Below are positions 21,280 through 28,898 of a stretch of DNA of 32,000 nucleotides, piece after piece. A model generated the notes under the pieces. The model was not told where the DNA came from. It saw only the letters and a list, made by a program, of their open reading frames with translations, and did no database searches. Origin of the DNA: Alkanindiges illinoisensis DSM 15370. Lineage in GTDB: Bacteria > Pseudomonadota > Gammaproteobacteria > Pseudomonadales > Moraxellaceae. The position numbers were made by a program, and so were the translations under genes. Each line of letters begins with the position of its first letter. Position 1 is the first letter of the stretch. The stretch spans positions 550,064 through 582,063 of the forward strand of contig NZ_JHUX01000003.1 of NCBI RefSeq assembly GCF_000619845.1, in the 5' to 3' direction.

Positions 21280-22290
21280 ATGCTGGTTTTAGGCTTGGAA
21301 ACATCCTGTGATGAAACGGGTTTGGCGTTATTTGATAGTGAACGCGGCTTATTGGGACAGGTTTTATATAGCCAGATTCAACTGCATGCCGAGTATGGCG
21401 GTGTCGTGCCGGAATTGGCTTCACGCGATCATGTGCGCAAATTAATTCCGCTTCTGGAACAATTGTTATTGCAAATGGATATAACTAAACAGGAAATCAA
21501 TGCAGTTGCCTATACCCGTGGGCCGGGCCTGATGGGTGCTTTAATGACAGGTGCATTATTTGGGCGCACACTGGCTTATGCGCTGAATATTCCAGCCATT
21601 GGCGTGCATCATATGGAAGGTCATTTGCTGGCACCTTTATTGTCAAATAATCCGCCCCAGTTTCCCTTTGTGGCCTTGCTGGTTTCCGGTGGCCATACCC
21701 AGCTAATGGCCGCCTATGGAATCGGTCAGTATGAGCTTCTGGGTGAATCCATTGATGATGCAGCCGGTGAAGCATTTGATAAGGTGGCCAAGATGATGGG
21801 CTTGCCATATCCGGGTGGACCAAATATTGCCAAACTGGCGTTGCAGGGTGATCCTAAATCGTTTGATTTGCCACGGCCCCTGATGCACCAAGCGCTGGAT
21901 TTTTCCTTTAGTGGTATGAAAACCGCTGTACTCACGCGTTATAACAAGGTAAGAGGGCAAGGCCGTGAGGCTGATCTGGCTGCCAGTTTTCAGGAAGCCA
22001 TGGTAGACACACTGATTAAAAAAGCCATTCGTGCCTTAAAACAAACTGGCTTAAAGCAACTCGTCATTGCAGGCGGGGTCAGTGCCAACCAGTTGTTACG
22101 TGAGCGTCTGGAAAGCGAGCTTAAAAAAATAAAAGGGCAGGTTTATTATGCAGAACCTGCGTTATGTACAGACAATGGTGCCATGATTGCCTTTGCGGGC
22201 TGGCAACGCCTTAAAGCCGGACAAAAGGATGATCTGGAGGTAACAACCACTCCGCGCTGGCCAATGACTGAATTACAGCCACCTGCCTAA
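21280..22290 (+). CDS. tsaD: tRNA N6-adenosine threonylcarbamoyltransferase
   Basis: 336-aa ORF with [11 protein letters not shown] and the GVHHMEGH metal site. It is divergent from rpsU, as in E. coli. Confidence 0.95.
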   Translation: MLVLGLETSCDETGLALFDSERGLLGQVLYSQIQLHAEYGGVVPELASRDHVRKLIPLLEQLLLQMDITKQEINAVAYTRGPGLMGALMTGALFGRTLAYALNIPAIGVHHMEGHLLAPLLSNNPPQFPFVALLVSGGHTQLMAAYGIGQYELLGESIDDAAGEAFDKVAKMMGLPYPGGPNIAKLALQGDPKSFDLPRPLMHQALDFSFSGMKTAVLTRYNKVRGQGREADLAASFQEAMVDTLIKKAIRALKQTGLKQLVIAGGVSANQLLRERLESELKKIKGQVYYAEPALCTDNGAMIAFAGWQRLKAGQKDDLEVTTTPRWPMTELQPPA

Positions 22291-22726
22291 AATTTTTTAG
22301 GTAATAAATAGTATAATAAGAAGCTTAGCGTCTAAAGATACAAGTCATATTAGACGCTGTAAGCTTACTCAGTGGTCGTCTAATTACAATGTAGAAGGCA
22401 GATTAGCTGAGTGTATGCAGTCTTTCTAACAGATCAGTTTAAAACCGAAAAAATATTTACCAATAGACACTTTGCATAACCTGTTCTTTGATATTGAAGC
22501 ATCCATGTTATGTTTTGATTCATTTCATCTTTTTCAGCAGCTTCTTGTTAAAAATGACTTGCAAAAAATGGCTGGGAATCTTATTTATAACCTATGAGTA
22601 AAGGTTAAACCATGTTGATTTAGATCAGCTTAACTAAAGCCTGTTGTTAATCAATAAGTAATGGACGTTTAAGTAATTAGCAATAACCGCTATTACGGTT
22701 TAGCAAGAATACAACAGGGAACTTTT

Positions 22727-24289
22727 ATGAATCTGCATTTGCCAACTTATACCCATCATTCAAACCTTTCCACCCGCATCAAAAAGCTTGAGCAGAATCT
22801 GCAAGCCGCAAAGGATTATCAAACCTGGAAGGAGGTGGCACTGGAATTGGATGAGGCCACAGGCAGGCAGGACTGGAAGCTGGACAATACTTCACCTTAT
22901 TACGATTATGAACTGATTGCTGACCGCCTGACCCGTTTGCGCCGTTATCGCCTTGAGCGCAAGGACGTTGAGCTGGTGCGGATTTTGCGCGAAGGCCTGC
23001 ACCATGATCTAGGTAATATTGGTCATCCCTTACTGTACAGTCATGCGTATATTGGCACTAAAAAATTGATAGAAGACTATATTGAAGAGGTTTGTCAGTG
23101 CCTGTATTACGTGTGTGAACATGACTTTGATTTTTTACCTGCCGCAGAAAAATACTGCTTCTTTGAAGACACCAAACATAGTTATGGCCAGCCAGCCCTG
23201 ATGTTTTCTGGTGGTGCAACGCTGGGCCTGTTCCACACGGGTGTATGTAAGGCGCTTCATGCACAGGATTTATTGCCTAAAGTTTTTTCCGGTTCCAGTG
23301 CTGGTGCTTTGATGGCGGGCATGCTGGGTACACATACGGATGAAGAGCTGATTGATTTATATGATGGTGATGGGTTTTATCAGCATGCGTTCCGCTTTCG
23401 AAAGCTGTTTGAAATTTTAAGAGGCGGTGGCATTGCCGATGTCAATGTTTTGAAGGTATTTTTGCGGCAAAATCTGGGTAATTATACGTTTGAAGAGGCA
23501 TTTGCCAGAACTGGACGCCATATCAATATTGCGGTAGCCCCATTTGAGGGTAGCCAGTCCCCTCGCATTATGAATGAACTGACGTCGCCATACTTGTTAA
23601 TGTGGAGTGCTGCACTGGCATCCTGTGCTGTACCAGTTTTATTTCCGCCAGTAAAACTGACTGCAAAAAATGCTGAAGGAAAAAACAGTCCTTATATGTC
23701 ATCGCTGCGCTGGGTAGATGGCAGTGTACGCAGTGACTTTCCACGTACCCGGATTGCACGGCTCTATAATATTAACTATACCATTGCCTGTCAGGTGAAC
23801 CCGCATATTGTGCCTTTTATGCAAACCGATGTGCAGCGCTATCGCAAGGATTTACTAAGCTGGCCAAGCAAGATTGTGCGGGGACAGGGCAAAATGCTGG
23901 CGATGGGCGCCATGGATTTTACCCGTGAACGTTTTGGCCGTATGCCAACTGTGAGGCGCATGCTGGATCATGGTTATGGAATTATTGGGCAGCGTTATTA
24001 TGGCGATGTAAACATTGTTGGCAGTTATAATTTGCGTCATTATACTTATATGTTAAAAAATCCCAGCAAAAAACTATTTCAGATCTTGCAACACGAAGGC
24101 GAGCGTGCCACCTGGCCAAAAATCAGCGGGATTGCAACCCATGCCCGCATTGGCAAAACCCTGGAGCATTGCCTTGAAATATTAAGTGCCAAGCGTCTGG
24201 AGTTACTTGCTCAATCTGTAAATGATGAAGAGTGTGCCAAAACCTTGCTGGCGATCGAATCGCGACGTGTGCACCGGGCACAAATCTAA
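22727..24289 (+). CDS. Patatin-like phospholipase with N-terminal DUF3336-type domain
   Basis: 520-aa ORF with the patatin oxyanion motif FSGGATLG, the nucleophile GSSAG and the catalytic Asp context WVDGS. The long helical N-terminal region is of the kind seen in DUF3336/TGL-like patatins. Confidence 0.9.
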   Translation: MNLHLPTYTHHSNLSTRIKKLEQNLQAAKDYQTWKEVALELDEATGRQDWKLDNTSPYYDYELIADRLTRLRRYRLERKDVELVRILREGLHHDLGNIGHPLLYSHAYIGTKKLIEDYIEEVCQCLYYVCEHDFDFLPAAEKYCFFEDTKHSYGQPALMFSGGATLGLFHTGVCKALHAQDLLPKVFSGSSAGALMAGMLGTHTDEELIDLYDGDGFYQHAFRFRKLFEILRGGGIADVNVLKVFLRQNLGNYTFEEAFARTGRHINIAVAPFEGSQSPRIMNELTSPYLLMWSAALASCAVPVLFPPVKLTAKNAEGKNSPYMSSLRWVDGSVRSDFPRTRIARLYNINYTIACQVNPHIVPFMQTDVQRYRKDLLSWPSKIVRGQGKMLAMGAMDFTRERFGRMPTVRRMLDHGYGIIGQRYYGDVNIVGSYNLRHYTYMLKNPSKKLFQILQHEGERATWPKISGIATHARIGKTLEHCLEILSAKRLELLAQSVNDEECAKTLLAIESRRVHRAQI

Positions 24290-24313
24290 TTGTTTGCAGG
24301 TTTTGCCATATTG

Positions 24314-25195
24314 ATGGAAGGTAGACTCGGGCAATACTACTTAATCAGGCCATTGCGGGCACAGGCAGCTCATCTGAATTTTGCACGGTCACAGCTTTAT
24401 CTGGCGCAAGCAACAGATGATCAATCATTATACATAATAAAATTCCTATCTGTAACAGCAGGCCAGATTGAGCAGGAATTATTTCTCAACGAAGTTCGGG
24501 TCTTGAGTGAGTTAGGAAAACTAAATTCATCATACTGGTTGCCATTATTGAAAAGTGGGCAAGAAGTATTATGTTTAAAATCATCCAGCACGCGGCCTGA
24601 ATTAGTGCGTTATTTGGTTTTGCCCTATATAGAACAAGGTAATATCAGGGATTTTCTGAGTAGCCAGATTTGCACTTTACCACAGGCAGAACAATTATGG
24701 CTGGGCATGCTGGATGCAGTGGTTGCATTGCACAAAAACGGCTGGTTGCATCTGGATTTAAAGCCTTCTAATTTTCTGCTTAACGCGCCTTCTGATGTGT
24801 ATTTGATTGATCTTGCATTTGCTCAACCTTACATTAAATCTCAAGTATCCAATGTTGCTACGAAAGCAATGGATGCAATCAGAGGCACACCACGTTATAT
24901 GAGTCCAGAGCAGTTTCTGGGACAGCAATTGACAGCACAAACTGACTTTTACAGCCTTGGCTTGATTCTTTATGAACTATTGATGCGAAAAAGTTTGTAT
25001 CATGCAAATGATTATCAAAGTTGGGCTATGCAACACTGTCAGCAACCTGTGCCATTGCTACCTGAAAATTTGGCCAGTTTTCAAATGCTCATAGATGGGT
25101 TACTGGCTAAGAATAGGCATAATCGCCTGAACGAAGTTACTGAAATCCGGCAACTGGCCCAGCAGGCTTTTCAGGGTGTTCATCATCACCTATAG
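24314..25195 (+). CDS. Hanks-type Ser/Thr protein kinase, atypical (no Gly-rich loop)
   Basis: Catalytic loop HLDLKPSNFLL, DLA in place of DFG (YLIDLAFA), activation/P+1 segment GTPRYMSPEQ, candidate VAIK lysine in LYIIKFL. The frame is open from TTG 24290, directly abutting the patatin stop; ATG 24314 is chosen here. Confidence 0.8.
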   Translation: MEGRLGQYYLIRPLRAQAAHLNFARSQLYLAQATDDQSLYIIKFLSVTAGQIEQELFLNEVRVLSELGKLNSSYWLPLLKSGQEVLCLKSSSTRPELVRYLVLPYIEQGNIRDFLSSQICTLPQAEQLWLGMLDAVVALHKNGWLHLDLKPSNFLLNAPSDVYLIDLAFAQPYIKSQVSNVATKAMDAIRGTPRYMSPEQFLGQQLTAQTDFYSLGLILYELLMRKSLYHANDYQSWAMQHCQQPVPLLPENLASFQMLIDGLLAKNRHNRLNEVTEIRQLAQQAFQGVHHHL

Positions 25196-25233
25196 TGATC
25201 ACTGCCAACTTGCCGTAGGAATAACCCTTCACA

Positions 25234-25665
25234 ATGTCAAATACACCAATATCCCTAACGCCTGAACTGACACCATTACCTGAACCTGTGACACCCTATT
25301 ATGAAACGGAAGATATTATTGCGGGGAGATGGTTGAATCGCTCTATGACACGTCAGGTCAGGTTTTCTGCCGAAGACTATGAGGAGTTTTCCAAAAAGTT
25401 TCAGCATATGGCAGATGAATTAAAGACATGGCAGAAACAGTATAAGCGTAAGGCAAAAGTGCTTGAGGTTTCGATTTTTGCCCATCCATGGATTTTAAAG
25501 CGTATTTTGCAGCAGTTTAATACTACATTTAGCGCAGGCCATAGCTACGGTGATTTTAGTCAGAAGGGAACAATTAAATTGCATTTACACGATGCTTTTG
25601 ATGCCTTGGGTACGCATTATTTGCTTTATCAAAATGGTCAAAAACTGCAAATAGATAAAAATTAA
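25234..25665 (+). CDS. Hypothetical protein (143 aa)
   Basis: Clean ORF with aggaat upstream. No motif recognised. Confidence 0.65.
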   Translation: MSNTPISLTPELTPLPEPVTPYYETEDIIAGRWLNRSMTRQVRFSAEDYEEFSKKFQHMADELKTWQKQYKRKAKVLEVSIFAHPWILKRILQQFNTTFSAGHSYGDFSQKGTIKLHLHDAFDALGTHYLLYQNGQKLQIDKN

Positions 25666-25805
25666 GCTTATTTGCGCAATGTTTGAACATTTGGCGCTAA
25701 TAATGCTAGGCAAGAATAAGCTGTTTTGTTATGATGCGTTCACAGAAAAATCATGGATTTTTCTCTAGCAAGAAGAAAATGCAGTGCATTTTTAATCTTC
25801 TCTCA

Positions 25806-25890
25806 GGGGGCGTGGCGGAATTGGTAGACGCACTGGATTTAGGTTCCAGCGCCGCAAGGTGTAAGAGTTCGAGTCTCTTCGCCCCCACCA
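25806..25890 (+). tRNA. tRNA-Leu (anticodon UAG)
   Basis: Hand-folded cloverleaf. Acceptor gggggcg/cgccccc, D-arm gcg-gaattggtaga-cgc, anticodon stem ctgga/tccag with loop ttTAGgt, long variable arm (class II tRNA), T-arm aagag-ttcgagt-ctctt, discriminator A and encoded CCA. Very close to E. coli leuW as I recall it. Confidence 0.95.
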
Positions 25891-25906
25891 TTTTTAAATA
25901 ATAAAA

Positions 25907-27115
25907 TCAATTACTTAGTCTGAGCTTACCCCCTGTGGGCACGTTTTGGGCACGTTTCTCTAATTTTGCAATCTCCTCTTTATTTTTGTCACTGTTAATC
26001 CAGCGCGCGTATCTTTTCATCAGCATGACCAGACTATGGCCAAGCTGATCAGCGACATATACCGGATTTAAGCCACTCATCAAGCAAACCGTCGCATAAG
26101 TATGCCTTGTGTTATATGACGGCCTGTAGCGCAAGCCTGTGGCTTTAATCGCAGCTTTAAAATGCTTATATAAAGATTTCTGCGTGTTGTAGTTTTCATT
26201 AGTCTCAGCACAAATAAACACATGGTCATATTTGAGATAACTTAATTGCTTGAGTTGCTGGAATGCTTCAAAAGCCGTTTGGTTTAAATCAACAAACCGG
26301 TCTTTATTGGTCTTTGTGCTGTCCTGCTGCACACCATTCACCCGACCCTTATTGATGTAGATTTGCCGATTCACAAAATCCACATCCTGCCAGGTGAGGG
26401 CAATCAGTTCTGAAGGCCGGCAACCAGTCCAGAACGCCACAGTAAAATAAAGATAAACCACTGGCCGCTCAGTAATACACTGGCTCTTTAACCATTGAAG
26501 CAACAAGTCACGTTCACCAGCAGTGAAAGGATCGGGGAGTTCCTGATTGTTCTTCTGGTTCTTTAAGCGTTCAGCCGGGTTCTTATCAATTACCTCATCA
26601 TCAGCAGCCAGCTCGAACACCCCACGTAACGGAATTAGGGCATCATTCCTGACCTTGGCCGATGACCACTCACGGCCATTAACTGCATTACGCAGCATCT
26701 GGCTGCTAATGTCATCTATCGGCATTTCTGCTAGTAGCGGCATCCAGATCCGCTCCAGGATGGACAGGTATTTTTCCTTGGTTCCCTGTTTATGGTTAGT
26801 CAGGTTAAATAGGTACTGCTGGGCATAGTAGGCAAATGTCGGAACACTGGTCGGAGAGGTGATGTTTGGATCTTCCTGGCCATTTTCAAATGGCCGGCCA
26901 GTGACTTCCTCAATATCAGCATGCGTTAAAATATCAAACTCTATTTTCTTGATTAGCTCTTGTCTAATCTTAGCTGCCTTGGTGAAGTTAGTATGGGTGT
27001 CCTTGAGTGGAAGGACGATCCACTGGCGTTTGCCGTTCCATGTAAAGTTAATCTGGATTTTTCCATTTTTTGCTCTTGTGCCGCGCGGTAGCTCTGAGCC
27101 TTCTGCATTACCCAC
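25907..27115 (-). CDS. int: Tyrosine recombinase / phage integrase with N-terminal arm-binding domain
   Basis: 402-aa ORF with a GTG start. N-terminus LPRGTRAKNGKIQINFTWNGKR is arm-DNA-binding (DUF3596-like). Catalytic residues are present (GCRPSEL Arg, TRHTYAT His-x-x-Arg context, LGHS His, KRYARW Tyr). Confidence 0.95.
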   Translation of the reverse strand: MGNAEGSELPRGTRAKNGKIQINFTWNGKRQWIVLPLKDTHTNFTKAAKIRQELIKKIEFDILTHADIEEVTGRPFENGQEDPNITSPTSVPTFAYYAQQYLFNLTNHKQGTKEKYLSILERIWMPLLAEMPIDDISSQMLRNAVNGREWSSAKVRNDALIPLRGVFELAADDEVIDKNPAERLKNQKNNQELPDPFTAGERDLLLQWLKSQCITERPVVYLYFTVAFWTGCRPSELIALTWQDVDFVNRQIYINKGRVNGVQQDSTKTNKDRFVDLNQTAFEAFQQLKQLSYLKYDHVFICAETNENYNTQKSLYKHFKAAIKATGLRYRPSYNTRHTYATVCLMSGLNPVYVADQLGHSLVMLMKRYARWINSDKNKEEIAKLEKRAQNVPTGGKLRLSN

Positions 27116-27285
27116 TTGTTATAACCCTTAATTGAATAGCTGAATTTGCGTTCTGAAAGTTGGACCCACACAAGGCCCTCATCCCACAATGGACGTAGAT
27201 TTTTTAGATTGGTAGGTAACTCACCCGTGAGTTCACAAAACCGTTCGGCTGTTACCCAGTCAACAGCATCAACTATTATAGTCAT
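26953..27285 (-). CDS. xis: Excisionase-like protein
   Basis: 110-aa ORF. The first ~60 aa (DWVTAERFCELTGELPTNLKNLRPLWDEGLVWVQLSERKFSYSIKGYNKWV) follow the excisionase-like winged-helix pattern. The last ~54 codons overlap int in another frame. Confidence 0.65.
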   Translation of the reverse strand: MTIIVDAVDWVTAERFCELTGELPTNLKNLRPLWDEGLVWVQLSERKFSYSIKGYNKWVMQKAQSYRAAQEQKMEKSRLTLHGTANASGSSFHSRTPILTSPRQLRLDKS

Positions 27286-27454
27286 TGCTCACCTCTCAAC
27301 CGTCTTAAACTATTGCCGCTAACGATTTCGCGCGTACCATCTGCAAACTCAATTTCGCGGCTGTTCTGTGTACCGTGTGCGATGATTCGACAGGGCTTGC
27401 CGTACATCTGTGCTCGCTTTTCATTGTTCTTCCAGGCATAGTAGTGAGTCATCA
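27282..27454 (-). pseudogene. Small phage ORF split by a 1-nt frame change in an A-run (or two tiny overlapping ORFs)
   Basis: Hand translation. ATG 27454 with a good SD (aggaag) gives MMTHYYAWKNNE, then this frame runs on to a TAA at 27305 (49 aa). A second frame reads ..KRAQMYGKPCRIIAHGTQNSREIEFADGTREIVSGNSLRRLRGEQ and ends in an ATGA overlap with the xis start. The two frames join at the run gaaagc (plus-strand ttt at 27418..27420). Confidence 0.4.
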
Positions 27455-27496
27455 TTACTTCCTATGTAGGATGCCCGTCAAAGCAGGGCGGTTGGG

Positions 27497-27823
27497 TTAA
27501 ATTCGGCGTTGATTCGCCTGCCGGGTAGTATTGATTGAATAGCCTTTAGCCTTGGCACGACGGATTGAACGGCCAGCAATGTCACGGAAATCGTTATATT
27601 TGCCTTGCAGCACATCCTTAATATTGTATTTAGGCTGTATGCATTCAGCGTCAGTCATGGCAACCCAGCTGGCGTCTACTTTCTTAAAAACCGTTTGGGT
27701 TTGAACATCGAGGCGGTAAGGCTTACCGGCAATGTGACCGGAAATGCCTTCACCTGGCTTATAAGTGCCGAACACCCAGAACGGGGTCGGATATATTTTG
27801 GGAGCGGTGGCGCGGGCGTTCAT
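27497..27823 (-). CDS. Hypothetical phage protein (108 aa)
   Basis: ORF from the track. Its ATG overlaps the stop of the upstream 44-aa ORF (TAATG). The C-terminus is basic. No family recognised. Confidence 0.7.
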   Translation of the reverse strand: MNARATAPKIYPTPFWVFGTYKPGEGISGHIAGKPYRLDVQTQTVFKKVDASWVAMTDAECIQPKYNIKDVLQGKYNDFRDIAGRSIRRAKAKGYSINTTRQANQRRI

Positions 27824-27957
27824 TAGAAGAAGCCCCAGTTGTGCAGGCCATAGCCGATGGTAAATAGCAACGTACCCAGGCCACCAGCAAAAATTTTGGC
27901 ATCGTTAGCAAATGAACTAACATCCGTCGCTTGCAATTCCTGCGTTTTGTTATGCAT
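27823..27957 (-). CDS. Small membrane peptide (44 aa), first ORF of the leftward early operon
   Basis: Below the track's size cut-off and translated by hand: MHNKTQELQATDVSSFANDAKIFAGGLGTLLFTIGYGLHNWGFF. It has a strong SD (aggag, plus-strand 27970..27974), one C-terminal hydrophobic helix, and a TAA overlapping the next ATG. Confidence 0.5.
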   Translation of the reverse strand: MHNKTQELQATDVSSFANDAKIFAGGLGTLLFTIGYGLHNWGFF

Positions 27958-27996
27958 AATCTTCTTACTCCTAATACCCCAAAAGTTAGGTGTCAT

Positions 27997-28032
27997 GCCT
28001 CCGGTTGCTTCGACTCAACGCGGGGGCTTTTT
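27997..28032 (+). terminator. Intrinsic-terminator-like hairpin on the + strand, inside the leader of the leftward operon
   Basis: gcctccg (27997..28003) pairs with cggGggc (28021..28027) with one G.U pair, a 17-nt loop, then TTTTT (28028..28032). No + strand gene lies upstream. Confidence 0.4.
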
Positions 28033-28060
28033 ATTGCCTGTGTTTTGGCTTGATAAATCT

Positions 28061-28089
28061 ATTATTAGGCATACCTAAATAAAAGTAAA
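28061..28089 (-). promoter_or_regulatory. Candidate leftward early promoter (PL-like)
   Basis: On the minus strand: TTTACT (28089..28084), 17-nt spacer, AATAAT (28066..28061). The context tgcctAATAAT.gattt is shared with the rightward promoter at 30328..30345. Confidence 0.45.
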
Positions 28090-28102
28090 TAGGTTTACCT
28101 AA
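28065..28102. promoter_or_regulatory. Two repressor-operator-like palindromes (OL-like)
   Basis: TTAGGcataCCTAA (28065..28078, perfect) and ATAGGtttaCCTAA (28089..28102), centres 24 bp apart. They overlap the -10 and -35 of the PL candidate. Confidence 0.55.
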
Positions 28103-28173
28103 TATTTCTCATGAATTTCTGCTATATTAAAAAAAGAAACCCGGCACATGGCCGAGTAGAAAAGAGGTGGTTT

Positions 28174-28668
28174 ATGCAATTTGAAGATTTTGAGCAGACT
28201 GAAAAGCATATGCAGAAAAATAAATATGATGGGATCTCGATGCGTCATATATCTAATGAACAGATTGTTTCATTTGAGGCAAAAACGCGTCAGCAAATTG
28301 CACAGGCTTTTATGACTAGTGGTATTAGTCAACCAAAAACATTGGCTTATTTAATAGATCAGTTCTTTGAATTAATTCAATCAGGCACAAGTAGTGTAAA
28401 TAGAAATCTAATTGATTTTACTGAAAATTCTTATAAATTACCTGAAATTAGAAGTAAATTTCGGCAAGAAAATAGACTGCGTTTACTTATCGAATTCCTT
28501 TCGTCTGGAGTAAGGAATATAGCTTACCTGGGTTATGTAGTAACGCGGTTTGACCACTTAATTGCAACAGGTGAGGATAGTTTTCCAGAAACTCCTGAAC
28601 TCCTACAGCTCTTGCCCGATCATAAGGTACACCCATGTAATGAACATGAATGGTTTTGTGTGGATTAA
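28174..28668 (+). CDS. Hypothetical protein (164 aa from ATG 28174; frame open from 28111)
   Basis: Strong SD gagg (28164..28167) 6 nt before ATG 28174. AT-rich, no family recognised. The 3' 182 nt overlap the convergent ORF 28487..28882, so one of the two ends is uncertain. Confidence 0.5.
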   Translation: MQFEDFEQTEKHMQKNKYDGISMRHISNEQIVSFEAKTRQQIAQAFMTSGISQPKTLAYLIDQFFELIQSGTSSVNRNLIDFTENSYKLPEIRSKFRQENRLRLLIEFLSSGVRNIAYLGYVVTRFDHLIATGEDSFPETPELLQLLPDHKVHPCNEHEWFCVD

Positions 28669-28882
28669 GGTTTAAATCTATTAAATATTCAATCAATGGA
28701 TTTAGATCACCTGCTAAATCTTCACTTTGGCCAAATGCCAAGGGAATATAATGATCAGGTTTTTCACTATCCAGCCTAGCTAATACAAACATGCCTATAG
28801 AACCTTCTGTGATGACATGATTGGTAGGAAGAATATTGTAGAAGCGTCCATTCCATTGCGATTGGGCTATAAGTGGTTTCAT
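28487..28882 (-). CDS. Hypothetical protein (131 aa from ATG 28882; frame open to 28975)
   Basis: MKPLIAQSQWNGRFYNILPTNHVITEGSIGMFVLARLDSEKPDHYIPLAFGQSEDLAGDL... reads like a real protein. No family recognised and the RBS is weak. Confidence 0.55.
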   Translation of the reverse strand: MKPLIAQSQWNGRFYNILPTNHVITEGSIGMFVLARLDSEKPDHYIPLAFGQSEDLAGDLNPLIEYLIDLNLNPHKTIHVHYMGVPYDRARAVGVQEFLENYPHLLQLSGQTALLHNPGKLYSLLQTKGIR

Positions 28883-28898
28883 AAGCAAAATTCCGAGG

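Noticed and set aside
25745-25792. Two short AT-rich palindromes upstream of tRNA-Leu (gaaaaatc-atg-gatttttc and aaaatgca-g-tgcatttt)
   Set aside because: They are AT-rich and short, and would be expected fairly often by chance in such sequence. They could be a weak terminator for the 143-aa ORF or a factor site in the tRNA promoter, but I cannot support either reading.
27857-28078. 73-aa ORF on the + strand
   Set aside because: It runs antisense through the 44-aa ORF, across the hairpin/terminator and into the operator region. It has no RBS and an implausible sequence. The + strand signal here is better explained by a non-coding antisense transcript.
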